A stretch of 64,000 bases of DNA from Candidatus Moraniibacteriota bacterium (GCA_018061645.1 JAGOTT010000001.1:1090-65089); one strand, 5' to 3'; positions 22,101 through 31,076 are shown, numbered from the stretch's first letter. Numbers and translations are program-made. The notes: generated by a model not told the origin, from the letters alone.

Positions 22101-22684
22101 AGATTGCCGTTGATGTTGGCCTGGTTCTCGTATTCGATGTTCGGTCCGACCTCGAGATAGAAGCGGTCTTTTCCGAATATCTCCTGGTATTCGAGAGCGG
22201 TAGCTTTCGCGGCTTCGTAATTATCGTAGATGAGGTTCGCGGGGATCTCGCCGGTCATGTTTCCGGAAAGCGCAATCAGTCCCTCGTGGTGGAGTCTGAG
22301 AAGATTGCGGTCGATGCGCGCTTTGTAGTAGAATCCGTCGAGCTGGGCCTTGGACACGAGCTGCAGCAGGTTTTTGTACCCCGTCTCGTTTTCTGCGAGG
22401 AGAACGATGGTGTGCCGCGGACGGTCGTCCATCGACGACGTCTTGCTCGTGTGATCCTTCACGATATGGAGCTCGACACCGATGATCGGTTTCAGCCCCG
22501 CATACTTCGCCTTGATATAGAGCTCGACCGAACCGTACATGTTCGATGTGTCCGTGAGCGCGAGTGATGTCATCCCGTGCTTCTTCGCTTCGGCGACGAG
22601 GTCGTCAATCTTCGGAAGCGCGTTCAGGAGAGAATAGTGGCTGTGGACGTGGAGATGGACGAAAGGCATAAATCCAAATGTCAA
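19133..22684 (-). CDS. dnaE: DNA polymerase III alpha subunit DnaE
   Basis: 1183 aa. N-terminal PHP domain (HLHVHSHYSLL), polymerase core, OB domain. Confidence 0.95.
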   Translation of the reverse strand: MTFGFMPFVHLHVHSHYSLLNALPKIDDLVAEAKKHGMTSLALTDTSNMYGSVELYIKAKYAGLKPIIGVELHIVKDHTSKTSSMDDRPRHTIVLLAENETGYKNLLQLVSKAQLDGFYYKARIDRNLLRLHHEGLIALSGNMTGEIPANLIYDNYEAAKATALEYQEIFGKDRFYLEVGPNIEYENQANINGNLREMSLETGIPLVAAADVFYLHPEDRDTHDILICIQNNWTVEQEGRPRLTHLDLSFRSPEEMERLFKDFPGAIENTKKIADRCNVEIHLGETQLPHFDVPDGLSAEEYLRTLCEKGLTRRFGNTSVNEGYRKRLDYELDVIRTTGFASYFLIVADFVNWAKNNGVVVGPGRGSAAGSLVAYLTGITNLDPIAYDLLFERFLNPERISMPDVDMDFADDRRDDVLDYVRQKYGADHVAQIITFGTMAAKAAIRDTGRALGFPYSFCDQISKMIPMFTSLEKAVEEVQELKKLYEENKDAKRIIDTAKKLEGNARHASVHACGVVVTKDPVVAYSPLQHVSGHGDGMVTQYASSTKMSVVEKIGLLKMDFLGLKNLTIMQNAIRIIRALGKFPGLAERLGLPGDASPSDVLDRIPLDDPNTYRLLQEAKTTGVFQLESNGMKRYLKQLQPTVFEDIIAMVALYRPGPMDWIPDFIDGKHGRKTVKYLHPKLEPILRNTYGVAVYQEQVMQIARDLAGFSLGEADVLRKAMGKKIKELIAEQRIKFIDRAVGEGVAQKVAEKVFDFIEPFAGYGFNRSHAACYALIGYQTAYLKAHYPAEFMAALLTSDQHDTDRIAIELTEAKEMGIETLPPSVDESFEDFAVIPDDAGKERIRFGLNAIKNVGRPAAEEIVRERKAGGRYRDLEDFLERVRTKDLNKKSLEALAKVGALDLFGERGLFLANLDNILYFSKNVEKVRETHAVSLFGELSLEKPKVRLEPAIPATKKARLDWEKELLGLYVSDHPLSGYASYLAETTLPIREIANQDDEISVRLGGVIATVKKIISKNGAPMFFIGLEDLTGRTELVIFPRIAEKTEAFWKEGGIVIVDGKISRRDGEAKVITDSVTPLSEEDVNRFRNAQAMRKNSQQPAVNKKQYIESQTEKIMTIFLDTEKGPGAIDKISEILKNAPTGDTRIFVSVDDTKIRTSFSVSPDDALLERLKDIEGVERIAS

Positions 22685-22924
22685 ATATCAAATGTCAAAT
22701 CAAACTCAAATGTCGAAAACTCAAAATAAAAACCGCGCCGGAATGACGATGCGGAATTTGAAATTTGGCATTTGAAATTTGGCATTGTCTTGAGACTTCC
22801 TCCATATCCCGGCTCGCGCCTCGGGTTCTGCGGGGAAGGAATCTGATATGCCCCCAGTATATCGCCAACACGAGAAAAATGAAAGCCCGCCTCCGGTGTT
22901 CCGGATGGCGGGATGTGTTTCGGT

Positions 22925-23146
22925 CTAGGCGAGTCTCGCCTGCTCGCGGGTAATGGTTCTAGCTGGTGTGTCCGGAATCCTATTGCTGCGGACGAGAAAT
23001 CCGCCGCAATCCGGGCATTTTGCCTTCCCGATTTCCATCGTGAGAGGACGATTCCTTGCCCGCGGGACATTGAATGTGTGTCTGCAATTCCGGCACTGGC
23101 AGAGCCAATAGAGAATGGTTGTGCCTGATCCTTTTTTGCCTCGCAT
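22925..23146 (-). CDS. Small zinc-ribbon protein (CxxC...CxxC)
   Basis: 73 aa with CQCRNC and CPDCGG. No family assignment possible; could be spurious in this high-GC context. Confidence 0.3.
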   Translation of the reverse strand: MRGKKGSGTTILYWLCQCRNCRHTFNVPRARNRPLTMEIGKAKCPDCGGFLVRSNRIPDTPARTITREQARLA

Positions 23147-23200
23147 AGGGAGACTCCTTGTTTCAAAAGAACGCTCTAGTCTATACTGGAATCAAAACCT

Positions 23201-23911
23201 ATGCAAGAGCTGACATTCGATCGGGAGCGTGCGTACGAGGAAGCAGGCTTCGACGTGGTTGTCGGGGTCGACGAGGCGGGTCGCGGTCCTTTGGCTGGTT
23301 CTGTCGTTGCGGCTGCGGCAGCGTTGCGACAAGGAGCAATGAACGGGGAACAGGGAACAACAGATGGGGAGGAGAAAGAATGGAAATTGATTCGGGACTC
23401 GAAGACCTTGTCCGAGAAGCAGCGGGACCGAGCATTCGAGTTCGTCCATGAAAAATTCTTTGTCGGAGTCGGCATCGTGCACGCCGAGACGATCGATCGG
23501 ATCAATATACTCGAAGCGACGTTTCTGGCGATGAAATCAGCTCTTTCGGAGCTGAAGATACAGGATACAGGATATAAGATGCAAAAGACCATCGTATTGG
23601 TGGATGGGAATATGACGATACCGAATCTCTCGCTTCCGCAGGAGGCTGTCGTCGGAGGCGATGGAATCGTCCGTTCGATCGCGGCGGCGTCGATCATTGC
23701 CAAAGTGACGCGGGATAGGATGATGCTCGAGTATGACAAAGAGTATCCTCTGTACGGATTCGCGCAGCACAAGGGATACGGGACGAAGGGGCATATGGAC
23801 GCGTTGCGGAAGCATGGGGCATGTCCGATCCATCGGATGAGCTTCAAGCCGGTCTTCTACTCGATCCCCGAGAATGTGAATCGGAACCTGCTTTCAAGAA
23901 AGAGGAAGTAA
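23201..23911 (+). CDS. rnhB: Ribonuclease HII
   Basis: VVVGVDEAGRGPLAGSVVAAAA... DGN. Contains in-frame heptamer tracts at 23346-23359 and 23555-23582. Confidence 0.9.
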   Translation: MQELTFDRERAYEEAGFDVVVGVDEAGRGPLAGSVVAAAAALRQGAMNGEQGTTDGEEKEWKLIRDSKTLSEKQRDRAFEFVHEKFFVGVGIVHAETIDRINILEATFLAMKSALSELKIQDTGYKMQKTIVLVDGNMTIPNLSLPQEAVVGGDGIVRSIAAASIIAKVTRDRMMLEYDKEYPLYGFAQHKGYGTKGHMDALRKHGACPIHRMSFKPVFYSIPENVNRNLLSRKRK

Positions 23912-23929
23912 TCCACTCCGATATGAAGT

Positions 23930-24763
23930 ATGAAAAATATCTGCTACCTCAACGGAAGGGTTGTTCCTATCGAAAAAGCGACCCTGTCTGTCCGCGATCT
24001 CGGGTTTCTTCGCGGGTATGGGGTGTTCGATGTGCTTCCGGTGGTTAACGGAAAGCCATTTCTCTTCGAGGATCATTGGAGGCGTCTCGAGAATTCCGCC
24101 GCGTCGCTCGGATTGAGTGTTCCGATCGATATGGAAAAGGCGTTGGCGATAATGACCGATCTTATCGCGCGGCATACGTATCCGTACATGATCGTCCGAA
24201 CCGTGTTATCCGGTGGCCCGAGCGAAGGAGGTTTTCTTCCGGAAGGAAAAGAGACATTCTGTATCATGATCGAAGAAACGAAACCGCCGCAGGAATCGGA
24301 TCACGAGTGTGGCGTAAGCGTGATCATCCGCAGGCACGAACGTGAGATTCCGGAGTCGAAGACGACGAACTACATCTTTCCCATCAGTCTCCGGAAGGAG
24401 AAGGAAGACGCCGATGCCGCGGAAATCCTGTACGTGAAAGGCGGGCACGTTCTTGAGGCATCGACGAGCAACCTCTTCATCGTGAAGGACGGTGTGGTCA
24501 TCACTCCGAAAGAAGGCGTTCTTGGCGGCATCACGAGAAAACTCGTCATCCGGCTCGCTCGCGAATCCGGTATTCCCGTCGAGGAACGGGATATCGTCGA
24601 GGCAGAGCTCGCGGAGTGTGACGAATCGTTTCTGACCGCATCGAACAAACAAGTGCGTCCGGTCGTCCGTATCGACGATATCACTGTCGGAGATGGTTCG
24701 GTCGGCCCGATAACAAGAAAGCTTTTCCATGCCGTTCGAAAATTCATGGCGGAATATGCATAG
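23930..24763 (+). CDS. Class IV aminotransferase (D-amino-acid / branched-chain aminotransferase / ADC-lyase family)
   Basis: 277 aa. Fold-type IV pattern (NGRVVPIEKATLSVRDLGFLRGYGVFD ... EASTSNLFIV). Confidence 0.7.
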   Translation: MKNICYLNGRVVPIEKATLSVRDLGFLRGYGVFDVLPVVNGKPFLFEDHWRRLENSAASLGLSVPIDMEKALAIMTDLIARHTYPYMIVRTVLSGGPSEGGFLPEGKETFCIMIEETKPPQESDHECGVSVIIRRHEREIPESKTTNYIFPISLRKEKEDADAAEILYVKGGHVLEASTSNLFIVKDGVVITPKEGVLGGITRKLVIRLARESGIPVEERDIVEAELAECDESFLTASNKQVRPVVRIDDITVGDGSVGPITRKLFHAVRKFMAEYA

Positions 24764-24850
24764 TATGGAGTCTTGTCAAAAGACAGGAACGATGGTATGC
24801 TGGTGCCTGAAAGGGTTGAATTCCCGGATTAACTGTTTTATCGCACCGCT

Positions 24851-25051
24851 ATGGCACTTCCGAAGCAGAGGCATACCCATGAACGACGGGATCGCGCGCG
24901 TCGCGAGCTCGAGATGAAGCCGACCCAGACCCAAAGCTGTCCGAAATGCGCGGCGCCGGTCCTTTCGCACCGTGCATGCCCGAAGTGCGGTAACTATCGC
25001 GGTCGGCAGGTCATCACGAAAGCTGAACCGAAACTGACAAAAAAACACTAG
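24851..25051 (+). CDS. rpmF: 50S ribosomal protein L32
   Basis: 66 aa. MALPKQRHTHERRDRARR plus Zn ribbon CPKC...CPKCGNYRGRQV. Confidence 0.75.
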   Translation: MALPKQRHTHERRDRARRELEMKPTQTQSCPKCAAPVLSHRACPKCGNYRGRQVITKAEPKLTKKH

Positions 25052-25131
25052 TGTTTTTTTGTCATCCTGAACTTGTTTCAGGATCCCGTTCAACAAGCAG
25101 CATGTAACATAAAAGCGTAAGTTCCTTCGTT

Positions 25132-25713
25132 ATGGCTAATCGTCACCTCCAGCGCTCCGTCGCGATGCAGTCCCTGTACGAACTGGATTTTTCCGGTTTC
25201 AAACCGGAAACCGAGATCGGTGTCGTGAAACGCAACCTCGACGAGTTCGCACCGGGACTCGAGGGGGAGCATTTCGCGGAGAAGATCATCGAAGGCGCGG
25301 TCAAGGAACGCGAGACGATCGATCAGCTTATCGTCAAATGCGCGCCGGAATGGCCGCTTGATCAGATAGCGTCCGTCGACCGGGCGATTCTGCGGCTCGG
25401 TATCTACGAGCTTCTCTTCGGCGATTATGACGAGGTGCCGCCGAAAGTGGCGATAAACGAGGCTATCGAGCTCGCGAAATCCTTCGGTTCCGATAGTTCG
25501 CCGAAGTTCGTGAACGGCGTTCTCGGTACGATCTATCGTGAGATGGGCGAACCGATGAAGGATGACTCCTCGGAAAAGCACAAGGCGCGTCTGGGAGATG
25601 TCGAGGAAAAATCAGACGGACCGAAAACGGCAGTCGATGAGGAGGCTTCGGAAGAAGTCGTGGAAGAAAAGCCGAAAAAGGTGAAGGCGAAAAAGAAGGC
25701 GGTGAAAGAATAG
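25132..25713 (+). CDS. nusB: Transcription antitermination factor NusB with K/E-rich C-terminal tail
   Basis: NusB fold ([15 protein letters not shown]...). About 50-aa low-complexity tail. Confidence 0.8.
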   Translation: MANRHLQRSVAMQSLYELDFSGFKPETEIGVVKRNLDEFAPGLEGEHFAEKIIEGAVKERETIDQLIVKCAPEWPLDQIASVDRAILRLGIYELLFGDYDEVPPKVAINEAIELAKSFGSDSSPKFVNGVLGTIYREMGEPMKDDSSEKHKARLGDVEEKSDGPKTAVDEEASEEVVEEKPKKVKAKKKAVKE

Positions 25714-25723
25714 ATTCTACGGT

Positions 25724-26419
25724 ATGGATGTCTTCAATGCGGAGGATTTTTCGAAGAAGCTCGGTATCCCGGTTCGGAATAGCGAACTCTTCCAAGAATC
25801 CATCACCCATCGGTCGTATCTCAACGAGCACCGTGGGTACAAGCTGAATCATAACGAGCGTCTCGAATTTCTCGGAGACGCGGTTTTGGAGCTTATCGTG
25901 ACGGAATATCTCTATCACACCTTTCCGAATCCGGAAGGGGAGTTGACGAGTTTCCGTGCAGCGCTGGTGAACGGCGAAATGCTCGCGAATATCGCCGGGC
26001 GGATGGGTATCGGAGAGTTTCTCCTCATGAGCCGAGGCGAGGCCAAGGATACCGGACGTGCGCGGATGTGGCTCCTCGCGAACGCGATGGAGTCCGTTAT
26101 CGGCGCGCTGTATCTCGATTCTGGGTACGAGGAAACGAAGGCGTTCATCGAGAAGAACATCCTTTCGGAGCTTCCGAAAGTGCTTGCGGACGGTTCATAT
26201 GCGGATCCGAAGAGCCGGTTCCAGGAACTGGCGCAGGAAAAGGCGGGGGTCACCCCGAATTATCGTATTCTTAAGGAGTGGGGGCCGGATCATGACCGGC
26301 ATTTCACCGCCGGTATCTTCATTGGCGAGGAGCTCGTCGCCGAAGGCGAAGGCGCGTCCAAACAGGAGGCTCAGCGTAAGGCTGCCGAAGCCGCGCTCGC
26401 CGCGAAGGGATGGGAGTAG
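25724..26419 (+). CDS. rnc: Ribonuclease III
   Basis: ERLEFLGDAVLELIV signature and C-terminal dsRBD. Confidence 0.9.
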   Translation: MDVFNAEDFSKKLGIPVRNSELFQESITHRSYLNEHRGYKLNHNERLEFLGDAVLELIVTEYLYHTFPNPEGELTSFRAALVNGEMLANIAGRMGIGEFLLMSRGEAKDTGRARMWLLANAMESVIGALYLDSGYEETKAFIEKNILSELPKVLADGSYADPKSRFQELAQEKAGVTPNYRILKEWGPDHDRHFTAGIFIGEELVAEGEGASKQEAQRKAAEAALAAKGWE

Positions 26420-26594
26420 GAGAAAATGGAAAACGTCTGCCCGCAATGCTATGTATGGCTTTGTAGGCTGACAAATCTCAAAATGTAAAATCGGAAGCTC
26501 TCGCGGGCTTTTTCTTTTTGTCCGGAATCCGATATACTGGAAAGAACTTGTAGAGGATAGTCGTTTATTGTTTTCTGTTATCTGTTGACTGATC

Positions 26595-28919
26595 ATGTTT
26601 CTCCGTCGCGTCGAAATTTCCGGATTCAAGTCGTTCGCCAGCCGGACGGTTCTTGATTTTGCCCCCGCCCGCAGCCGAAGCGGTAGCGAGGCGGGCAGGC
26701 CCGAAACTTCAAGCGGAGTCCGGGGTATCACCGCGATCGTCGGACCGAACGGGTCGGGAAAATCCAATGTCGCTGACGCTATCCGCTGGACGATCGGCGA
26801 GCAGTCGAGCAAGAATCTTCGCGGAAAAAAATCCGAGGACGTAATCTTCGCAGGGACGGCGAAACGATCCAAGATCGGCACTGCGTCTGTGACGCTTTTT
26901 TTCGAGAACCATGACCACCGCATCCCGCTCGAATATGACGAGGTGTCCATCACACGCAAGCTTCACCGGAGCGGAGAGAGCGAGTTTCTCATAAACGGTG
27001 CGAAGGTGCGTCTCCTCGATATCGCCGATCTCCTCGCGAAGGCGGGCATCGGCAAGGACAGCTACTCCGTCGTCACCCAGGGCATGTCCGACGCCGCACT
27101 CAACGCGACACCGGCGGATCGACGATCGATGTTCGAGGATGCCGCCGGTGTGAAGCAGTATCAGATACAGAAGGAGCGCGCGCTCCGGAAGCTCGTTTCC
27201 ACGAAGGAAAATCTCGTCCGTGTCGATTCGCTTCTCGCCGAAATCGAGCCGCATTTGAAGATGCTCAGGCGGCAGGCGGAACGTGCGGCGCAGGGCAGGG
27301 ATGTCGCCGAGAGGCTCCTCTCCAAGCAGGTCGATCTCTACGGATTCCTCTGGCACTCGTTCCAGTCCGAAAAGGGGACGCTCTCGGATGAGCGCGAGCG
27401 CATCGCACGCGAAGCGGCGCAGCTCGAGCAGGAAACTGACAGATTACGGGAGGATCTCGGGAAGCTTTCCGAGACGCTCGAGGAGGGCGGGAAGTCAGAC
27501 GAACTCCTCCGGGAGGCGTCAGTGTTCCGCGAACGCCTGAACGTGATCGAGCGCGAACTCGCCATCATCCACGGTCGCGCCCTGGTCGAGGAAGAGAAAC
27601 GGAAGGATCGCGAGGAGATACGGACCATTCCGGTCGATCTCGGATATATCCGAAAGGCGCTTGATTTGGTGCGCGCGAACCAGGTGACGCTCGTGGAGCG
27701 GCTCGGGAATGTGGAGAAACTCGAGGATATCCAGGATCTCCGCGAATTCGCCCGTGCCATCAACCAGGAGCTCGTCGATCTCGATGTGAAGGTCGAGGCG
27801 GGGACGGTGACGGAAAAGATCGTCATCTCGCTTCCGGAGGACGAGAAGCGCGAAAGCGATGCGAAACTCGCCGCGTACAAGGCGGAAAAGGATCGTCTCG
27901 AGGCCGAGATGGCAATTATCCGGAAAAACATCGACGAGAAGGAATCGGCCATCCGCGCGGAGCGGGAGAGGGGGCGCGAGGCGCGTGAACGGTATTTTCA
28001 TCTCGAGAAGGAATCCCGTGAGAAGGAACGGACACTTTCGACGCAGAAGGATACGCTGAACGAAGTGAAAGTGCGGCTCGCCCGTGTCGAGGTCCGCGAG
28101 GAGGATCTCATCAACGAGGTGCGTGATGAGTTGTCGATGGATGTCCGCGACCTGTCTTGGGACGGGACTCCGCGCGACAAGGATTCGCTCGTCCGCGACA
28201 TCATCCGGCTCAAGGGCGAGGCGGAGCGTGTCGGCGCGATCGACCCGATGATCGCCGAGGAATACGAGGAGACGAACAAGCGTTTCGAGTTCCTTTCGAC
28301 CGAATCGGCGGATCTTCGGAAGGCGATGGCGTCCCTGGAGACGGTCATTGTCGAGATGGACGGACGGATCGAGGCGGAATTCGGCAAAGCGTTCGATGAG
28401 ATCGCCAAGAAATTCTCACATTATTTCTCGCTCATTTTCAACGGGGGACATGCCGAACTGATCAAGACGAAACCGAAGCCGCGGAAGGTCGAGGGCGAGG
28501 ATGCCGACGCGGAAAACGAGATGCCGGAAGAGCCGACCGAGGAGGTCGCGGGTATCGATATTTCCGCCTGTCCGCCCGGCAAGAAGATCACGAACCTTTC
28601 CATGCTTTCCGGCGGGGAGCGGTCGCTCACCTCGCTTGCGCTCCTCTTCGCGATCATCTCGCATAATCCGCCGCCGTTTTCCGTGCTCGACGAAGTGGAG
28701 GCCGCGCTCGACGAGGCGAATTCCAAGCGGTTCGGCAAGGTCTTGAAGGAACTCGCTTCACGGACGCAATTCATCGTCATCACGCACAACCGCCAGACCA
28801 TGCGCGAAGCCTCGCTCCTCTACGGCGTCACCATGGGTGAGGACGGCGTCTCACAGATCCTCTCCCTTCACCTCGAGGAGGCGGAGAATATCCGGGGGAA
28901 GGGGAAGAAAGAGAAATGA
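26595..28919 (+). CDS. smc: Chromosome partition protein SMC, miniaturised (774 aa)
   Basis: N-terminal Walker A GPNGSGKSN, long coiled coil, hinge-like GYIRKALDLV, signature LSGGERSLTSLALLFA, Walker B FSVLDEVEAALD. Canonical rnc-smc synteny. Confidence 0.75.
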   Translation: MFLRRVEISGFKSFASRTVLDFAPARSRSGSEAGRPETSSGVRGITAIVGPNGSGKSNVADAIRWTIGEQSSKNLRGKKSEDVIFAGTAKRSKIGTASVTLFFENHDHRIPLEYDEVSITRKLHRSGESEFLINGAKVRLLDIADLLAKAGIGKDSYSVVTQGMSDAALNATPADRRSMFEDAAGVKQYQIQKERALRKLVSTKENLVRVDSLLAEIEPHLKMLRRQAERAAQGRDVAERLLSKQVDLYGFLWHSFQSEKGTLSDERERIAREAAQLEQETDRLREDLGKLSETLEEGGKSDELLREASVFRERLNVIERELAIIHGRALVEEEKRKDREEIRTIPVDLGYIRKALDLVRANQVTLVERLGNVEKLEDIQDLREFARAINQELVDLDVKVEAGTVTEKIVISLPEDEKRESDAKLAAYKAEKDRLEAEMAIIRKNIDEKESAIRAERERGREARERYFHLEKESREKERTLSTQKDTLNEVKVRLARVEVREEDLINEVRDELSMDVRDLSWDGTPRDKDSLVRDIIRLKGEAERVGAIDPMIAEEYEETNKRFEFLSTESADLRKAMASLETVIVEMDGRIEAEFGKAFDEIAKKFSHYFSLIFNGGHAELIKTKPKPRKVEGEDADAENEMPEEPTEEVAGIDISACPPGKKITNLSMLSGGERSLTSLALLFAIISHNPPPFSVLDEVEAALDEANSKRFGKVLKELASRTQFIVITHNRQTMREASLLYGVTMGEDGVSQILSLHLEEAENIRGKGKKEK

Positions 28920-29036
28920 AGAACGGTGGATGGAGAATAGTGAATAACCTGCTTCGGTGGGTTTTCTGTTTTTAGATGGATTTTCTGGCTTTACGGGCTT
29001 GAGAAACTTGATGCACTTTATGGACTCAACACGGTG

Positions 29037-29065
29037 TTGACAGAGTTCCGTTTTCACGGTACTAT
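29037..29065 (+). promoter_or_regulatory. Candidate sigma70 promoter (TTGACA-17-TACTAT) driving a roughly 190-nt leader upstream of rpsP
   Basis: Consensus -35 and near-consensus -10 with 17-nt spacing. No ORF in 28920-29254. Confidence 0.35.
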
Positions 29066-29254
29066 GATCTTCGATAGCCCGGAGTCTGTTGAAAAGCCTC
29101 TGTTCTGCTGCAAAACTGAAATTTCGGCTGCAAAATCCGGTAATTTCGTCGGGTTATATTCCTTATATAGCCTCTCCTCGATTTCCGAATTTTTCGCTCG
29201 AAATTTCAGCCTTTCGCGACGAACAAGACCTTCCAACAGACCCCTAGACTTTTT

Positions 29255-29704
29255 TTGATACTCTTTGCAGAAGAAATTATGCTTACTATCCGTTTCAGCC
29301 GTGTCGGGAAGAAGAACCGTGCCGCGTTCCGTATCGCGCTCCAGGAGAAGGCCAAGGCGCCGGGTCGGAAGCATGTGGAGATGCTCGGAAGCTATGATCC
29401 GCATTCCAAGGTAGCGGTGCTCAAGAAGGAGCGTATCCTCCACTGGATTTCCATGGGCGCCGAGACATCCGAATCGGTCCACAACCTGCTCGTGAAGGAG
29501 GGTGTGGTCGAGGGGAAGAAGCGCGCGATCAAGATGGAAAAGCCGGCCGTGAAGGAAGCTCCGGTTGCCGAGACTCCTGCCGAAGTTCCTGTCGCGGAAG
29601 CTGCTGTCGTTCCGGAAGCGCCGGTCGTCGCCGAAGAGGTCGTGAAAGCTGAGACGGCTCCGGTGGTGGAAGAAGCGAAGAAAGAGGAGGAAGTGAAGGC
29701 GTAG
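29255..29704 (+). CDS. rpsP: 30S ribosomal protein S16 with A/E/V/P-rich C-terminal extension
   Basis: MLTIRFSRVGKKNRAAFRIAL... about 60-aa low-complexity tail. Confidence 0.9.
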   Translation: MILFAEEIMLTIRFSRVGKKNRAAFRIALQEKAKAPGRKHVEMLGSYDPHSKVAVLKKERILHWISMGAETSESVHNLLVKEGVVEGKKRAIKMEKPAVKEAPVAETPAEVPVAEAAVVPEAPVVAEEVVKAETAPVVEEAKKEEEVKA

Positions 29705-29795
29705 AAGGGCTACAATAGAATATTCCGCAGACATGAGGCGATCCGAAAGGAGAGAAGTCCTCACGAGGAAATGTCGCTCCGAAAGGAGTTTTCTT

Positions 29796-29827
29796 GTCTG
29801 CGGGTTTCCGCAGACTTTTTGTTTTTT
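29796..29827 (+). terminator. Rho-independent terminator after rpsP
   Basis: GTCTGCGG-GTTT-CCGCAGAC followed by TTTTTGTTTTTT. Confidence 0.65.
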
Positions 29828-29903
29828 GTCATTGCGAGCGTAGCGAAACAATCAGGAAATCGTTTCTGGCATGTATGGATTGTCGCGCTTCGCTCGCAAT
29901 GAC
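29828..29903. repeat. R2-family inverted repeat (26-bp arms GTCATTGCGAGCGTAGCGAAACAATC / GATTGTCGCGCTTCGCTCGCAATGAC, 24-nt spacer)
   Basis: Arms are imperfectly reverse-complementary. Shares GTCATTGCGAG..AGCGAA with 2379-2398. Lies upstream of rplJ. Confidence 0.6.
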
Positions 29904-29962
29904 GGACTTCAGGAAAACAGGTCGATCCTGAAGCTGAGATTTATAGGTATCGATTCAAAAGT

Positions 29963-30481
29963 ATGATGAAACGGGCAGAAAAAGACGTCCTGATCAAGGA
30001 AGTCGCGGAGAGCGCGAAGGAAGCGAAAGCGCTCGTATTCTCGGATTTCAAGGGGGTGTCGGTGAAGGATATCTCCGCGATCCGTGGCGAGCTTCGGAAG
30101 AGCGGATCCCGGTTCCAGGTGCTGAAGAAGACGCTTCTTAACATCGCGCTTCGCGACGCGGGAATCGCGGTCGACGCGCGAAAACTCGAGGGGCAGGTCG
30201 GTGTCGCGTTTTCCACCGACGAAGTGTCGGCGGCGAAGGTGATCGCAGACTACATCAAGGCGAACAAGGATCTGAAACTGTCGATCGTCGGTGGCGCACT
30301 CGAGGGGAAGGCACTCTCGGCGGACGAGGTAAAGGCGCTCGCGAAGCTCCCGTCGAAAGACGAACTCCGCGGCATCCTCGCCGGGACGCTCCAGGCGCCG
30401 ATTGCCGGGTTCGTCCGGGCACTGTCCGGAAACCTTTCCGGATTGGTGCGGGTTCTCTCCGCGGTGGCGGAGAAAAAATAG
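29963..30481 (+). CDS. rplJ: 50S ribosomal protein L10
   Basis: 172 aa, L10 fold pattern, followed by rplL. Confidence 0.85.
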   Translation: MMKRAEKDVLIKEVAESAKEAKALVFSDFKGVSVKDISAIRGELRKSGSRFQVLKKTLLNIALRDAGIAVDARKLEGQVGVAFSTDEVSAAKVIADYIKANKDLKLSIVGGALEGKALSADEVKALAKLPSKDELRGILAGTLQAPIAGFVRALSGNLSGLVRVLSAVAEKK

Positions 30482-30646
30482 GACTTTCACATTTGCGCAT
30501 TTCTTCGTTGCAAGCTCCGGTGCTCGACACCGTATGTCACATACGGTTTACTCCGCTCCTCACTTGCACCTCGAACTTGCACTCAAATGCGTAAGTCCTA
30601 AAAAGCAGCTCTATTGGTTTATCAATAAGCAGTTAATGTCAACGTT

Positions 30647-31057
30647 ATGACCGAAGAAGTGAAGAAGGAAGAAGTCGTGGTGCCGGCGAAGTTCGATAAG
30701 CTTGTCGCGGAAATCGAGAAGATGAGTGTGCTCGACCTCTCGGAACTCGTGAAGGTGCTCGAGGAGAAATTCGGCGTGTCGGCGGCGGCTCCGATGATGA
30801 TGGGCGCGATGCCGGCGGCGGCCGGTGCGGCCGAAGCGGAAGAGAAGACCGACTTCGATGTCGAACTCACCGCGGCGGGCGATCAGAAAATCAACGTCAT
30901 CAAGGCGGTGCGCGAGGTGACGGGACTCGGCCTCAAGGAGGCGAAGGATCTCGTCGACGCGGCTCCGAAGGTCATCAAGGAGAAGGCTCCGAAGGCGGAT
31001 GCCGAGGAGATGAAGAAGAAACTCGAGGCCGTCGGTGCGACCGTGACCCTCAAGTAA
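30647..31057 (+). CDS. rplL: 50S ribosomal protein L7/L12
   Basis: N-terminal dimerisation domain, Ala/Gly hinge, [27 protein letters not shown]. Confidence 0.9.
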   Translation: MTEEVKKEEVVVPAKFDKLVAEIEKMSVLDLSELVKVLEEKFGVSAAAPMMMGAMPAAAGAAEAEEKTDFDVELTAAGDQKINVIKAVREVTGLGLKEAKDLVDAAPKVIKEKAPKADAEEMKKKLEAVGATVTLK

Positions 31058-31076
31058 GGTCCGATCTGCATGTCCC

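Noticed and set aside
20279-22567. 762-aa plus-strand ORF (and other long Arg/Asp-rich ORFs) antisense to dnaE
   Set aside because: Antisense read-through artefact of a high-GC gene. Low-complexity translation. dnaE on the minus strand has unambiguous motifs.
22913-23146. Plus-strand 71-aa ORF overlapping the Zn-ribbon ORF
   Set aside because: Neither has strong support. Kept only the minus-strand Zn-ribbon candidate, at low confidence.
25054-25086. Hairpin ATCCTGAA-CTTG-TTCAGGAT as terminator after rpmF
   Set aside because: T-run precedes rather than follows the stem on the plus strand, and an A-run follows on the minus strand. Not a canonical intrinsic terminator in either direction.
28920-29254. 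SRP RNA (ffs) or another known ncRNA between smc and rpsP
   Set aside because: No conserved SRP domain IV motif (GGAA/AGCAGCC) found by eye; left as a putative leader only.
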